DNA from: Thermodesulfobacteriota bacterium
GTDB lineage: Bacteria; Desulfobacterota_D; UBA1144
Assembly: GCA_036337225.1 (NCBI GenBank)
Contig: JAYZEP010000006.1
Coordinates: 73,771-137,770, forward strand
Length of the DNA: 64,000 bases
Reading direction: 5' to 3'
In this document: positions 40,439 through 49,815 of the stretch, in pieces
Layout of the letters: each line of letters opens with the position of its first letter
Position numbering within the stretch: the first letter of the stretch is position 1
Notes under the pieces: generated by a model
Database searches by the model: none
What the model was told of the DNA's origin: nothing
The model's input: only the letters and a program-made list of their open reading frames with translations
Translations under genes and position numbers: made by a program

Positions 40439-40456
40439 ATCGCTGCCGGAAGATTG

Positions 40457-41362
40457 TTAATCAGGGCCGGGAAAAGTAACGCCTTTTCCAAGAAAATAGT
40501 CGATAATTGCCATTGCAGTATACCGTTTGTTTTCCGCTTGAGAATATACTACGGAATTAGGAGATTCGATAATCTCCCTAGTAACTTCTTCTCCAATATG
40601 CGCTGGTAAACAGTGCATAAAAATGTAATCCTTTTTTGCTAGCTTTGTTAAAGCAGAATTAATTTGAAAATTCTTAAAATCCTTCATTCGCTTTTTCTCT
40701 TCCCCCTCGTCTCCCATACTCGTCCATACATCAGTATATATAACATCTGCATCTTGGGCCGCTTCGATTGGATTGGACCCATAGTGTGTTCTAGAATTAG
40801 GCTCATAACCCTTTGGTGTACAAACTGTTAGATTTAAGTCTAAGGTATCAGCAATGAGGCTGAATGAATTTGCGATATTATTCCCATCTCCAATATATAC
40901 AATCTTAAGGTCACTTATGTCCTTTTCAGGTTTCATTTCTTTAATAGTAAAAATATCAGAAATAATTTGAGTTGGATGTTCCGAGTCTGAGAGCGCATTG
41001 ATAACCGGAATCTCAGCAAACTCGGCAAAATCTTCCATATTTGTTTGTTTTGAAGTTCTGTATACTAACGCATCTAAATAGAGAGAAAACATCTTAGCGG
41101 TTTCTTCAATAGACTCACCTCTCGAAAGTTGTGTATCAGTTTTATTGATATAAACTGGATAAGCCCCAAGCATGGAAATGGCTACTTCAAATGAGAGTCT
41201 TGTTCGAGTTGAAAATTTCTCAAATAAAAGTCCAACCGAGTAGCCTTTGTAATCTCGTTTTAACTCTCCCGCTTTAAACAAAGAAATATGTTCAAAGATA
41301 AGTTCCAAATCTTCATCAATAAGATCTGATACTGAAATTAACGAATTAAAGATCCTACTCAT
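40457..41362 (-). CDS. argF: ornithine carbamoyltransferase
   Basis: STRTRLSFE carbamoyl-phosphate motif, plus the OTC-specific DVWTSMG and HCLPAH. Confidence 0.9.
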   Translation of the reverse strand: MSRIFNSLISVSDLIDEDLELIFEHISLFKAGELKRDYKGYSVGLLFEKFSTRTRLSFEVAISMLGAYPVYINKTDTQLSRGESIEETAKMFSLYLDALVYRTSKQTNMEDFAEFAEIPVINALSDSEHPTQIISDIFTIKEMKPEKDISDLKIVYIGDGNNIANSFSLIADTLDLNLTVCTPKGYEPNSRTHYGSNPIEAAQDADVIYTDVWTSMGDEGEEKKRMKDFKNFQINSALTKLAKKDYIFMHCLPAHIGEEVTREIIESPNSVVYSQAENKRYTAMAIIDYFLGKGVTFPGPD

Positions 41363-42554
41363 TTATCTTCACAAAAATAGAATTAAATATTTTTATTGAC
41401 TGCCTTATCTCGCTAATTTTAACATTAAGCGGGGGTAAGATTCTAATATTAAATTTCTCCGTTAATATAACTAGCAAACCTTCGTGTAAGCATAAATCTG
41501 AAAATCTTTGCGCCACATCTTTGGACTTGAATTCTATAGCCAATATAAGACCTAAACCCCTAATATCTTTAACATATTTATTCTTTTTAAACTTTTTCAG
41601 TTCATTAAGAAGCAAGTTCCCCTTCTTAGAAACTTCTTTTAAAAAAGCTTTCTTTTTTATTTGCTTGAAACTCGATAAGCCTGCAGACATTGCAAGAGGG
41701 TTACCTCCCATTGTTGTTCCGTGAGATCCAGGTGTTAAGAAATCTGCTATATTGGGATTAGCTATTATGGCTCCACACGGCAAGCCACCGCCTAGCCCTT
41801 TCGCTAAACAAATGATATCGGGGTTAATTTTGTAGTGTTCATGGCAATACAACTTACCAGTTCTTCCCAAGCCTACTTGGATCTCGTCCAAGATTAGAAG
41901 TATCTTCTTCCTTTTGCACAACGCTTCCACTTCTTTTAAGTATTGAGCATCAGCAAATTTTACCCCTGCTTCTCCTTGTATTGGTTCCAAGACAATAGCA
42001 ACTATTTTTTTATCTTTTTTCACTAACTCTTTTAGTTTGCCGATATCATTAAATGCCACGGACTTAAAGCCTGAAACTAAAGGGTAAAAACCTTCCCTGT
42101 ATTTTTTTGGTGAAGTTGCACTAAGAGAGCCGAAGGTCCTTCCGTGAAAAGCTCCTGTAACAGAGATTATTTTGTTCCTACCTCCATTAAAGACCCCCCA
42201 TTTTCTCGCTAACTTAAACGCGGCCTCATTTGCCTCCGTTCCACTATTGCAAAAGAAGGCCTTATATCCTGGCTTAGATTCCACAAGCTCTTTTGCAAAC
42301 TGTATTTGCTCTTTTATGATAAAGAGATTTGAGCTATGAACCATTTTTTTTAGTTGTTTTCTAATTGAAGAATTAATTGCTGGATTATTATGTCCAAGAT
42401 TGTTAACAGCGATTCCAGTAGTAAAATCTAAATATTTCTTACCATTAGAATCATAAACCCAAGATCCAGAACCTCTAACAATCGCAATTGGATGTCTTCT
42501 GTAGTTCTGAATTAAATACTTAATATCTTCGGAATTTAATCTATTATTCTTCAC
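41355..42554 (-). CDS. argD: acetylornithine aminotransferase
   Basis: Class-III aminotransferase: FCNSGTEANE, DEIQVGLGRTGK and the PLP-lysine region CLAKGLGGG. Lies in an arg cluster. Confidence 0.85.
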   Translation of the reverse strand: MKNNRLNSEDIKYLIQNYRRHPIAIVRGSGSWVYDSNGKKYLDFTTGIAVNNLGHNNPAINSSIRKQLKKMVHSSNLFIIKEQIQFAKELVESKPGYKAFFCNSGTEANEAAFKLARKWGVFNGGRNKIISVTGAFHGRTFGSLSATSPKKYREGFYPLVSGFKSVAFNDIGKLKELVKKDKKIVAIVLEPIQGEAGVKFADAQYLKEVEALCKRKKILLILDEIQVGLGRTGKLYCHEHYKINPDIICLAKGLGGGLPCGAIIANPNIADFLTPGSHGTTMGGNPLAMSAGLSSFKQIKKKAFLKEVSKKGNLLLNELKKFKKNKYVKDIRGLGLILAIEFKSKDVAQRFSDLCLHEGLLVILTEKFNIRILPPLNVKISEIRQSIKIFNSIFVKINE

Positions 42555-42561
42555 ATTTTCC

Positions 42562-43416
42562 TCACAACAAGATTTCTGTCCCTATCCCAGAATCTGTAAA
42601 TGTTTCCAAAATAACTGCGTGAGGGATTCGTCCATCAATAATATGCGCCTTCTTAACCCCACCCATCAATGCAGATATTACACATTCTACTTTTGGAATC
42701 ATTCCCTTTGCTATTGTTCCTTGTTTAATCAAAGTTTTTGCGGATTTTTTATTTAAAGATGAAATTAGCTTGTTGTTTTTATCTTTAATCCCAGCAACAT
42801 CAGTAAGCATTATTAATTTTTCCGCATTTAGTGCAGATGCTATTTTTGATGCAGCATGGTCAGCATTAATATTATAAGTGAAACCCTTATTGTCACATCC
42901 AATAGGAGAAATTACAGGAATATAACCCTTGTTATTTAGAGTAACAATCAATTTGCTATTAACTTTAGATATTTCACCTACTCTACCTAAATCGACCCCA
43001 CTTTTATTAAGTTTAATCTTTTTTACTTTTAAAAGATTATCGTCTTTACCAGACAGTCCAATAGAGCTTCCACCATTTTTTTTAATCGTTGATACTATTT
43101 CTTTGTTTATCTTGCCTGACAGAACAGATTCAACAATTTTCATAGTTCTATCACAAGTAATTCTTAGTCCATCAACAAACTCGATTTCAATTCCACTAGA
43201 AGAAAGTGCTTTCGAGATTTCGGATCCACCTCCATGAACAACGACAGGATGTATACCGACTAATTTCATTAATACTAAGTCATTAGCAAAATTAGAGAAC
43301 TCTTTCGATCCAACACTACCTCCAAATTTAAGAACTATGGTCTTAGAATTAAATTTCTTAATATACGGGAGAGCTTGAATTAAAGTCTCGGCACTCTTTA
43401 TGTATTTTTTAATCAT
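42562..43416 (-). CDS. argB: acetylglutamate kinase
   Basis: IVLKFGGS...VVVHGGG...NINADHAA...LTDVAGI. Confidence 0.9.
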   Translation of the reverse strand: MIKKYIKSAETLIQALPYIKKFNSKTIVLKFGGSVGSKEFSNFANDLVLMKLVGIHPVVVHGGGSEISKALSSSGIEIEFVDGLRITCDRTMKIVESVLSGKINKEIVSTIKKNGGSSIGLSGKDDNLLKVKKIKLNKSGVDLGRVGEISKVNSKLIVTLNNKGYIPVISPIGCDNKGFTYNINADHAASKIASALNAEKLIMLTDVAGIKDKNNKLISSLNKKSAKTLIKQGTIAKGMIPKVECVISALMGGVKKAHIIDGRIPHAVILETFTDSGIGTEILL

Positions 43417-43435
43417 ATCCTTTTAAAGTCATGAA

Positions 43436-44767
43436 TTATAAAATATATTTGCTCAAATCTCTATCTTCAATAATTGTTTTTAACTTCGTATCAACATATT
43501 CGGCATCGATTACAATATTTTTGTCTTGCATATCAGGTGCAGAAAAAGATATATCTTCAAGTAGTTTTTCTAGAATTGTATGCAGTCTTCTTGCCCCTAT
43601 ATTCTCGTTTCTCTCGTTTATTTCAACTGAAATCTCCGCAATCTTACTAATGCTCTCAGGAGAGAAGGTTAAATTAATTTTCTCAGTCATTAAAAGCTCT
43701 GTGTATTGCTTTAACAAAGCATTAGTCGGCTCACATAAAATTCTTTCAAAATCTTCCTTGCCAAGTGCTGATAACTCCACCCTTATTGGGAATCTTCCTT
43801 GAAGTTCCGGTATCAAATCCGAAGGCTTAGCGGAATGGAATGCCCCTGCCCCCACAAAAAGTATATGATCAGTTTTTACCATTCCATACTTAGTTTTCAC
43901 GGAGGAACCTTCAACGATAGGAAGTAAATCTCGTTGAACTCCTTCTCGGGAAATGTCAGGTCCTGTTGAATTTGCTGCACCCCTAGCTATTTTATCTATT
44001 TCATCAATAAAAATAATCCCAAGATGCTCAGCTCTATTTACTGCCCTTTCGTTAATACTATCTTTATCTATCAATTTTTCTGATTCTTGATCTATTAATA
44101 ATTTATAAGCTTCCCCTACGGATACTTTTCTTTTCTTTTCTTTGTTGGGAAAGAGGTTGGACAACATATCGCCCATATTGTTTTCAAGCTCTTCGTTAGG
44201 GTTATTACTTATAAGTTGTACCGGTGAGAACTTTATAGGAACGTTGATTTCAACCGTCCTTTTATCAAGAGAGCCCTCTCGAAACATCTTCCTGAATTTC
44301 TGCCTAGTATCGCTAGTATCCTGATTTTTACCTTGCTTATCCTTATATAGGAGCAAATCCAAAATTTTCTCCTCCGCAAGCTCCTCCGCTTTTGTATTCA
44401 CTCTCACCTTGTCTTCATCGCTAATCATTTTTACCGATATTTCAACTAAGTCGCGCACCATAGATTCTACATCTCTTCCAACATAACCGACTTCGGTAAA
44501 CTTTGAAGCTTCAATCTTAATAAACGGAGCATTTGAAAGTTTGGCAAGCCTTCTAGCTATTTCAGTTTTCCCTACGCCTGTAGGGCCAATCATCAATATA
44601 TTTTTTGGGGATATTTCTTCTTTGATGGACGAATCAACTTTCTGTCTTCTCCAACGATTTCTCAGGGCTATAGCTACAGCTTTTTTAGCATCAGACTGAC
44701 CTATAATGTACTTGTCAAGTTCAGATACAGTCTCTCTGGGGGTTAAAACAGTTTCATTTATTATCAT
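43436..44767 (-). CDS. hslU: ATP-dependent protease ATPase subunit HslU
   Basis: [34 protein letters not shown], Walker [16 protein letters not shown] and IFIDEIDK. Confidence 0.95.
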   Translation of the reverse strand: MIINETVLTPRETVSELDKYIIGQSDAKKAVAIALRNRWRRQKVDSSIKEEISPKNILMIGPTGVGKTEIARRLAKLSNAPFIKIEASKFTEVGYVGRDVESMVRDLVEISVKMISDEDKVRVNTKAEELAEEKILDLLLYKDKQGKNQDTSDTRQKFRKMFREGSLDKRTVEINVPIKFSPVQLISNNPNEELENNMGDMLSNLFPNKEKKRKVSVGEAYKLLIDQESEKLIDKDSINERAVNRAEHLGIIFIDEIDKIARGAANSTGPDISREGVQRDLLPIVEGSSVKTKYGMVKTDHILFVGAGAFHSAKPSDLIPELQGRFPIRVELSALGKEDFERILCEPTNALLKQYTELLMTEKINLTFSPESISKIAEISVEINERNENIGARRLHTILEKLLEDISFSAPDMQDKNIVIDAEYVDTKLKTIIEDRDLSKYIL

Positions 44768-45300
44768 TCTATAGTCTCAATCGATATATTATCATTAGTA
44801 TAAACACAAACCTCAGATGCTATCTTGAGAGACTCGTGAACAATGTCCTCCGAAGAAAGTTTTGAAAAACTATATAGGGCTTTAGCAGAAGCATACGCAT
44901 AAAAACCTCCCGATCCAACTGAGCAGATAGGGATATCTGGCTCTATAACATCACCACTACCTGATATTAAAAAAATATCATCCTTGTCTGCAACAATCAT
45001 CATCGCCTCAAGTCGCCTCAGTATCCTATCGGTTCTCCAGTCTTTAGCCAATTCGACAGCAGCTCTTTTAAGATTACCTTTAAACTCATCTAACTTTGCT
45101 TCAAACTTGTCAAACAAAGTAATTGCATCAGCAGTTGCACCGGCAAAACCAATTAGAATTTCATCATTGTGAATTTTTCTTACTTTTTTTGCCGTTCCTT
45201 TTAAAATTGAATCTCCAAGGGAGACTTGACCATCTCCTGCCATAGAAACCTTATTGTCCTTTTTTACACATAATATTGTCGTTGCTTTAATTTTACTCAT
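44764..45300 (-). CDS. hslV: ATP-dependent protease subunit HslV
   Basis: ATTILCV...GDGQVS...GFAGATADA...GSGG. Six residues (MSKIKA) precede the catalytic TT. Confidence 0.9.
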   Translation of the reverse strand: MSKIKATTILCVKKDNKVSMAGDGQVSLGDSILKGTAKKVRKIHNDEILIGFAGATADAITLFDKFEAKLDEFKGNLKRAAVELAKDWRTDRILRRLEAMMIVADKDDIFLISGSGDVIEPDIPICSVGSGGFYAYASAKALYSFSKLSSEDIVHESLKIASEVCVYTNDNISIETIE

Positions 45301-46270
45301 CGTTTCCCCTGTAAAAATTATTTATAAGATTATACTTACTTTTGATTTCATTTACATGTTCGTACACTTCCGTCGAAGTAATGTTTTCATGGTCAAGCAT
45401 TTTTCTCACCTCAGCAGTCGTAGCGCCATTTAACAGCAAGCAAGTGGCAAATGTATGTCTTAGCGTATGGGGATGAATCTTGTACCCAAGAAGTTTTAGC
45501 GAATATTTCTCAACAATTTTATAAACTAGTTGTCTACTGATTGGTCTATTCATTTTATTATAAAAAAGATTATCAATATCTTCTGGCCCCACACTATTTC
45601 TAAATTCAAGATACTCTTTCAATATAGGTTTAAGGAATCTTGTATCTATCGGCACTATGGATTCCTTCCCCCTTTTTCGTGATACATTATGAATTTTGTT
45701 GTTCTTCAAATCTAAGTCGGGAGTCCTGATATTCCCTAATTCGCTGGCTCTCAGACCAGTAAAAATCAAGACCAACAAGATGGAGGCATCTCGCAGAACA
45801 ATAGAATCCTTATCCGAATTATTGGCAATCTTGCAGAGTTTATCCATAAAATCATGCAATTCTTTCTGGTCAATATAGTTTTTGTGCTCCAAGCTTCTTT
45901 CATATTTTCCGATTAGTTCAGAACGATCTAGTGTTTTTATGTAGTTGGTATGGATAATTTTTTCCCTCTTTAAATATTCCAGAAATTTTGAAAATGATGA
46001 TATTTTTTTTGATACTGTTCTTTTAAGTTTACTCTTTAATTTTATGTCGTTATCATATTTGTTGGAACATAAGATATTTTCAAAATATTTTAATAAATTA
46101 TCTTCGCTCATAATCTCTACCAAGCTTTTTCCATCCAAAGAGTTTTCAACACCACTTCTCTCGGAAAGATAATAACTAACATCGTTCATGTAAGTCGTAA
46201 CGGTATTTTTAGACAGGTTCTGAGCCCTCAAATATTTTTGAAACGTTGTCAACAAATTATCAACATCCAT
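45293..46270 (-). CDS. xerC: tyrosine recombinase XerC/CodV-type
   Basis: Catalytic R...HxxR...Y (GLRASEL, HPHTLRHTFAT, EVYEH). Conserved xerC-hslV-hslU synteny. ATG 46270 is preferred; the ORF extends to TTG 46288. Confidence 0.8.
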   Translation of the reverse strand: MDVDNLLTTFQKYLRAQNLSKNTVTTYMNDVSYYLSERSGVENSLDGKSLVEIMSEDNLLKYFENILCSNKYDNDIKLKSKLKRTVSKKISSFSKFLEYLKREKIIHTNYIKTLDRSELIGKYERSLEHKNYIDQKELHDFMDKLCKIANNSDKDSIVLRDASILLVLIFTGLRASELGNIRTPDLDLKNNKIHNVSRKRGKESIVPIDTRFLKPILKEYLEFRNSVGPEDIDNLFYNKMNRPISRQLVYKIVEKYSLKLLGYKIHPHTLRHTFATCLLLNGATTAEVRKMLDHENITSTEVYEHVNEIKSKYNLINNFYRGNDE

Positions 46271-46328
46271 ATGTTGAATATAAAACAAGATTAAATATTT
46301 AGCGAATAAAAAACAAAGTCCGTCTAAA

Positions 46329-46357
46329 TTGAAGTCAAATATGAATTGTGCGATAAT
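46329..46357 (+). promoter_or_regulatory. sigma-70-type promoter for carD (leaderless geometry)
   Basis: TTGAAG (46329-46334), 17-nt spacer, GATAAT (46352-46357), then 6 nt to ATG 46364. No SD. Confidence 0.35.
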
Positions 46358-46363
46358 TAGAAT

Positions 46364-46870
46364 ATGTATAAAGTCGGGGACAAAGCTGTCTATCCCTCAC
46401 ACGGTCTTGTTACAATAGTTGCAATTGAACAGAAGAAAATAGTCGACGTTTCTCATAAGTTTTTGATACTCAAAGTCGCTGATAGCGATATTACCGTCAT
46501 GATTCCTGAAAACTCGGTTCAGGCTCGTGGTTTACGACCTCTAGCGAAAAAAGGTGAGCTTAAAGAGCTTTGGTCACTAATAAAAGGGAAAACGAAATAT
46601 AGGGTAGAGGGGAATATCAGTTGGAATAAAAGATATAGAACTTATACGGAAAAACTCAAAACCGGCAATATAATTATGGCAGGTGAAGTGTTTCGAGAAA
46701 TTAATGATATTTCAAAAGCCAAGGATTTATCTTTTGGTGAACAGAAAATCTTAGAAAATGCTTTTAATAGGCTTGTTAAGGAATTGAGTGCATCCTTAAA
46801 ACAAAAGGAAGATGCGGTCCATACAGAAATAAAAAGCCTTCTTAACAAAGAAGGTTCAATCAACGTCTAA
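46364..46870 (+). CDS. carD: CarD/CdnL-family RNA polymerase-binding regulator
   Basis: MYKVGDKAVYPSHGLVTIVAIE is the Tudor-like RNAP-interacting N-domain. 168 aa. Confidence 0.8.
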   Translation: MYKVGDKAVYPSHGLVTIVAIEQKKIVDVSHKFLILKVADSDITVMIPENSVQARGLRPLAKKGELKELWSLIKGKTKYRVEGNISWNKRYRTYTEKLKTGNIIMAGEVFREINDISKAKDLSFGEQKILENAFNRLVKELSASLKQKEDAVHTEIKSLLNKEGSINV

Positions 46871-48259
46871 TTTTTTTCCATCAATTTCATTTGGAATTTC
46901 CTTATTTAAATAATCTAATATAGTTGGGAATAGATCTACAGTTCTTATATGTCTTTCCGCAATTTTCTTATTTACTACTAGAGGTACGCGCATATGGTCC
47001 TCATGAAGTGATCCATGAGAAGACTTATGTTCGGGGTATTCGTATTGTTTTCTTAAATCAAAACCTAAATCTGCACTAACAACTATGTCTCCACAACGAT
47101 TTGATTTAAAAAGTTGAACAATCTGAGTTAAGGCATCTGGATACTGCGTATCATAGGTCTGAGATAATATCTCTTCACACGAGAGAAATTCATTCATTTG
47201 TGGGTAGCCAAACGGATCGTTGTTTAGAGGTTGATATTGTATTAAATTTTCTTTTTCTTCCAATAGAGCCACTCCCCTATCGCTCTTTATGACAATTTGA
47301 TTTTTTTGATTTAAAGTCATAAGTAAGTCGATACCATCGGTTCGAAGAAGGTTGTAGAAAAGTTCGTCGGTCTTTTTAAAAACGTACCGCTGCCTCCAGT
47401 CAAGACCATTTCGCAAATAAATATGTGCCATTGAATTACCTGAAACCATAACCGCAGCATCAACATCTTGATAGTATTTATTAAAGATAAAAGGATACGA
47501 TACAACTTTTAAGTTTTGTGATTCAAGTAATTCCACTAGGTCAATATGAGTGGCCGTATTGGAATGTCCATGGTCACTTGTGACTATTAAAAGTGTATCG
47601 TCTAATTGATTAAGCTTTTCTAGTTCAGATAAAATAATTCCCAGATTCAAATCAAAGTTCTTGTATGATTCAACTACAACATCATGATCGAATCCATATA
47701 TGTGTGAATTAGAGTCAACTCCATGTAGGCAGCAAAAAATAAATTCTGCCTTAGAATCTATTAGGGAGACAAGCTTGTTCATTGCAACAGAATCAATAGC
47801 ATTTGAACCAGCAAAATGAGACTTGGTCTTATAATATATTTTTGACATTCCAGTTATATCATGTCCAGGACCAATGCCTCTTGTAATTTCATTAAATATA
47901 GACCTCGACTCATCAATGATTTCGAATATGGTTGATTTTGATTTTTTCAGATCGGCGTTAAAAAAAATACTTCCAATTCCTACGTAACTTCTATGTGCTT
48001 CAAAATTAGATTTGTTTTCAGCAAATTTAATTTTATCAAACCAACGTATACCAGGGAGATTGATATTTCCAGGGTATGAACCCATTAAAAAGGGTACATA
48101 GGCCGGACCAGTGGTGGAAGGGAATACGGATATGGCACTTAAATTTGAACCTTGATTGTCAATAATTTTACTCAAATTTGGAAGATAACCGAGACTTAGA
48201 TATTTATTTAGACAATCATATCTCGCCCCATCTAAAAGTAGAAAAATTACTTTTCTCAT
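46856..48259 (-). CDS. alkaline-phosphatase-superfamily enzyme (type I phosphodiesterase / nucleotide pyrophosphatase family)
   Basis: VIFLLLDGARYD, nucleophile region FPSTTGPAY, and TSDHGH metal ligands. ATG 48259 is preferred; the ORF extends to TTG 48271. Confidence 0.7.
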   Translation of the reverse strand: MRKVIFLLLDGARYDCLNKYLSLGYLPNLSKIIDNQGSNLSAISVFPSTTGPAYVPFLMGSYPGNINLPGIRWFDKIKFAENKSNFEAHRSYVGIGSIFFNADLKKSKSTIFEIIDESRSIFNEITRGIGPGHDITGMSKIYYKTKSHFAGSNAIDSVAMNKLVSLIDSKAEFIFCCLHGVDSNSHIYGFDHDVVVESYKNFDLNLGIILSELEKLNQLDDTLLIVTSDHGHSNTATHIDLVELLESQNLKVVSYPFIFNKYYQDVDAAVMVSGNSMAHIYLRNGLDWRQRYVFKKTDELFYNLLRTDGIDLLMTLNQKNQIVIKSDRGVALLEEKENLIQYQPLNNDPFGYPQMNEFLSCEEILSQTYDTQYPDALTQIVQLFKSNRCGDIVVSADLGFDLRKQYEYPEHKSSHGSLHEDHMRVPLVVNKKIAERHIRTVDLFPTILDYLNKEIPNEIDGKKLDVD

Positions 48260-48279
48260 AGCTCGCAACAATTAAGAGA

Positions 48280-49815
48280 TTACTTTATTCCTTTCTCCCA
48301 ATCTTCTTTGGAGATGATATATCCTTGTTTGTCTCGATAAATTCTTTGTCCATTAGAAATCTCCACAAATTCATCGTTCCATCTTTCGTACTTTAACCAT
48401 CTTTCGGGATAAGGTACGTATTTCTCATGTTCAGTATTTCTGTACAGTTCATTAAATTTATCTGCTAGTTGTTTTGCCGTAAGCTTTGTATTTATTTTTA
48501 AAAACTCTAGCCTTGCTTTCTTTTTATTTACTTTTCTTCCTAGAAGCAGCTTCCAGAATATATCGAATTGGTCTTCCGACTTAGTCGGGGGCTTCAGCTT
48601 CTTACCTGACTTGATTTTACTTTTTCTATTTGGTTTGTCTATTATACTTTTTGCATTTGCCAAAGTATCAAATAATTTCCTCATATGTTTTTGATTATGA
48701 AGAGCCATAAGAGTAATACGTATTCTGGATTCTCCAGTAGGTACAGAGGGTGGTCTCACGGCAGGAACAAAGATCTCGTTATCAAACAAGAATCTTGAAA
48801 CTTGTAATGTTTTTTTCTCATCACCTATTATGATTGGAACTATGGATGTTTGGGAATCTAAATGTTCAAATTCATATTCCTTAAGGAACTCAGATAAGTT
48901 TTTAATGTTCTCCGCTAATTTCTTTCTTAAAGTTTTATTCTTCTGAATAATTTCAATTCCACTCATTGAAGCCATCAAGCAGGAAGCAGGAAGAGAAGTG
49001 TCAAATATAAAGGACCTCGCCTTGTTTTTTAAGAAATCGATTAATTTGTAAGATCCTGCTACATAACCACCAATCGATCCTACAGCTTTAGATAAGGTTC
49101 CCATGCATATATCTATCTTGCTCTCTAGGTTGAAAAATTCGCTTCCCCCACTACCATTTTTACCAAGGACTCCGGTAGCATGGGCTTCATCAATCATGGA
49201 AATACAGTCATATTTATCGCAAAGTTTAATTATCTCATTTAACGGGGCTATGTCGCCATCCATACTAAACACACTGTCTGTTAGAATCATTTTTTTCTTG
49301 ACCCCTTTAAAATTGGTATTTATTTTGTTTTCTAGGTCTCTCATATCACAATGTTTATAAATTATTATTTTTGACTTAGATAATCTGCAACCATCAATTA
49401 GAGAAGCATGGTTTAACTCATCGCTAAATATCACATCACCCTCTCCCATTAAGCTTGATATGGTCCCTATATTAGCCAGATATCCCGAACTAAACACTAT
49501 TGCATCTTCCGTTTTCTTGAATGCAGCTATTTGCTGCTCTAATTTTTTGTGCAATAAAGATGTGCCAGTTACGAGTCTTGATCCCCCAGTACCAGTGCCA
49601 AAATCTTTTATACCTTTTGTCGATGAAGCAATAACTCTAGGGTGAAGTGTTAGCCCTAAGTAATTATTTGAAGCGAACTGATAAAAAGTTTTATTGCCAA
49701 TTTTTATCTCTGGACCCATAGAGCTCGAAATCTCAACAAGAGTTCTATGTAGATTTGCTTTCTTTATATCAGCTAATTGCTTGGATAGCCATTTGTCAAT
49801 ATTATTCTTTTTCAT
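48280..49815 (-). CDS. bioF: 8-amino-7-oxononanoate synthase with a C-terminal extension of about 120 aa of unknown function
   Basis: Residues 1 to about 390 form the alpha-oxoamine synthase fold (ASNNYLGL, SGYLAN, DEAHATG, PLP-lysine GTLSKA). Residues from about 391 to 511 are extra. Overlaps bioA by 14 nt. Confidence 0.8.
   Translation of the reverse strand: MKKNNIDKWLSKQLADIKKANLHRTLVEISSSMGPEIKIGNKTFYQFASNNYLGLTLHPRVIASSTKGIKDFGTGTGGSRLVTGTSLLHKKLEQQIAAFKKTEDAIVFSSGYLANIGTISSLMGEGDVIFSDELNHASLIDGCRLSKSKIIIYKHCDMRDLENKINTNFKGVKKKMILTDSVFSMDGDIAPLNEIIKLCDKYDCISMIDEAHATGVLGKNGSGGSEFFNLESKIDICMGTLSKAVGSIGGYVAGSYKLIDFLKNKARSFIFDTSLPASCLMASMSGIEIIQKNKTLRKKLAENIKNLSEFLKEYEFEHLDSQTSIVPIIIGDEKKTLQVSRFLFDNEIFVPAVRPPSVPTGESRIRITLMALHNQKHMRKLFDTLANAKSIIDKPNRKSKIKSGKKLKPPTKSEDQFDIFWKLLLGRKVNKKKARLEFLKINTKLTAKQLADKFNELYRNTEHEKYVPYPERWLKYERWNDEFVEISNGQRIYRDKQGYIISKEDWEKGIK

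Noticed and set aside
43431-43802. Track ORFs of 60 to about 130 aa that lie antisense to or out of frame within conserved genes. Examples are 43431-43802 in hslU, 25891-26277 in meaB, 19125-19493 in dapF, 26949-27299 in rng and 42929-43237 in argB.
   Set aside because: Each is nested inside a gene with clear family signatures on the other strand or frame. Their translations are low-complexity and lack SD or promoter signals.
45293-46288. The tyrosine recombinase as a sign of an integrated phage or mobile element.
   Set aside because: It sits in the conserved xerC-hslV-hslU arrangement and overlaps hslV by 8 nt. It has no flanking repeats, phage genes or tRNA. It is a chromosome-dimer-resolution Xer-type enzyme.
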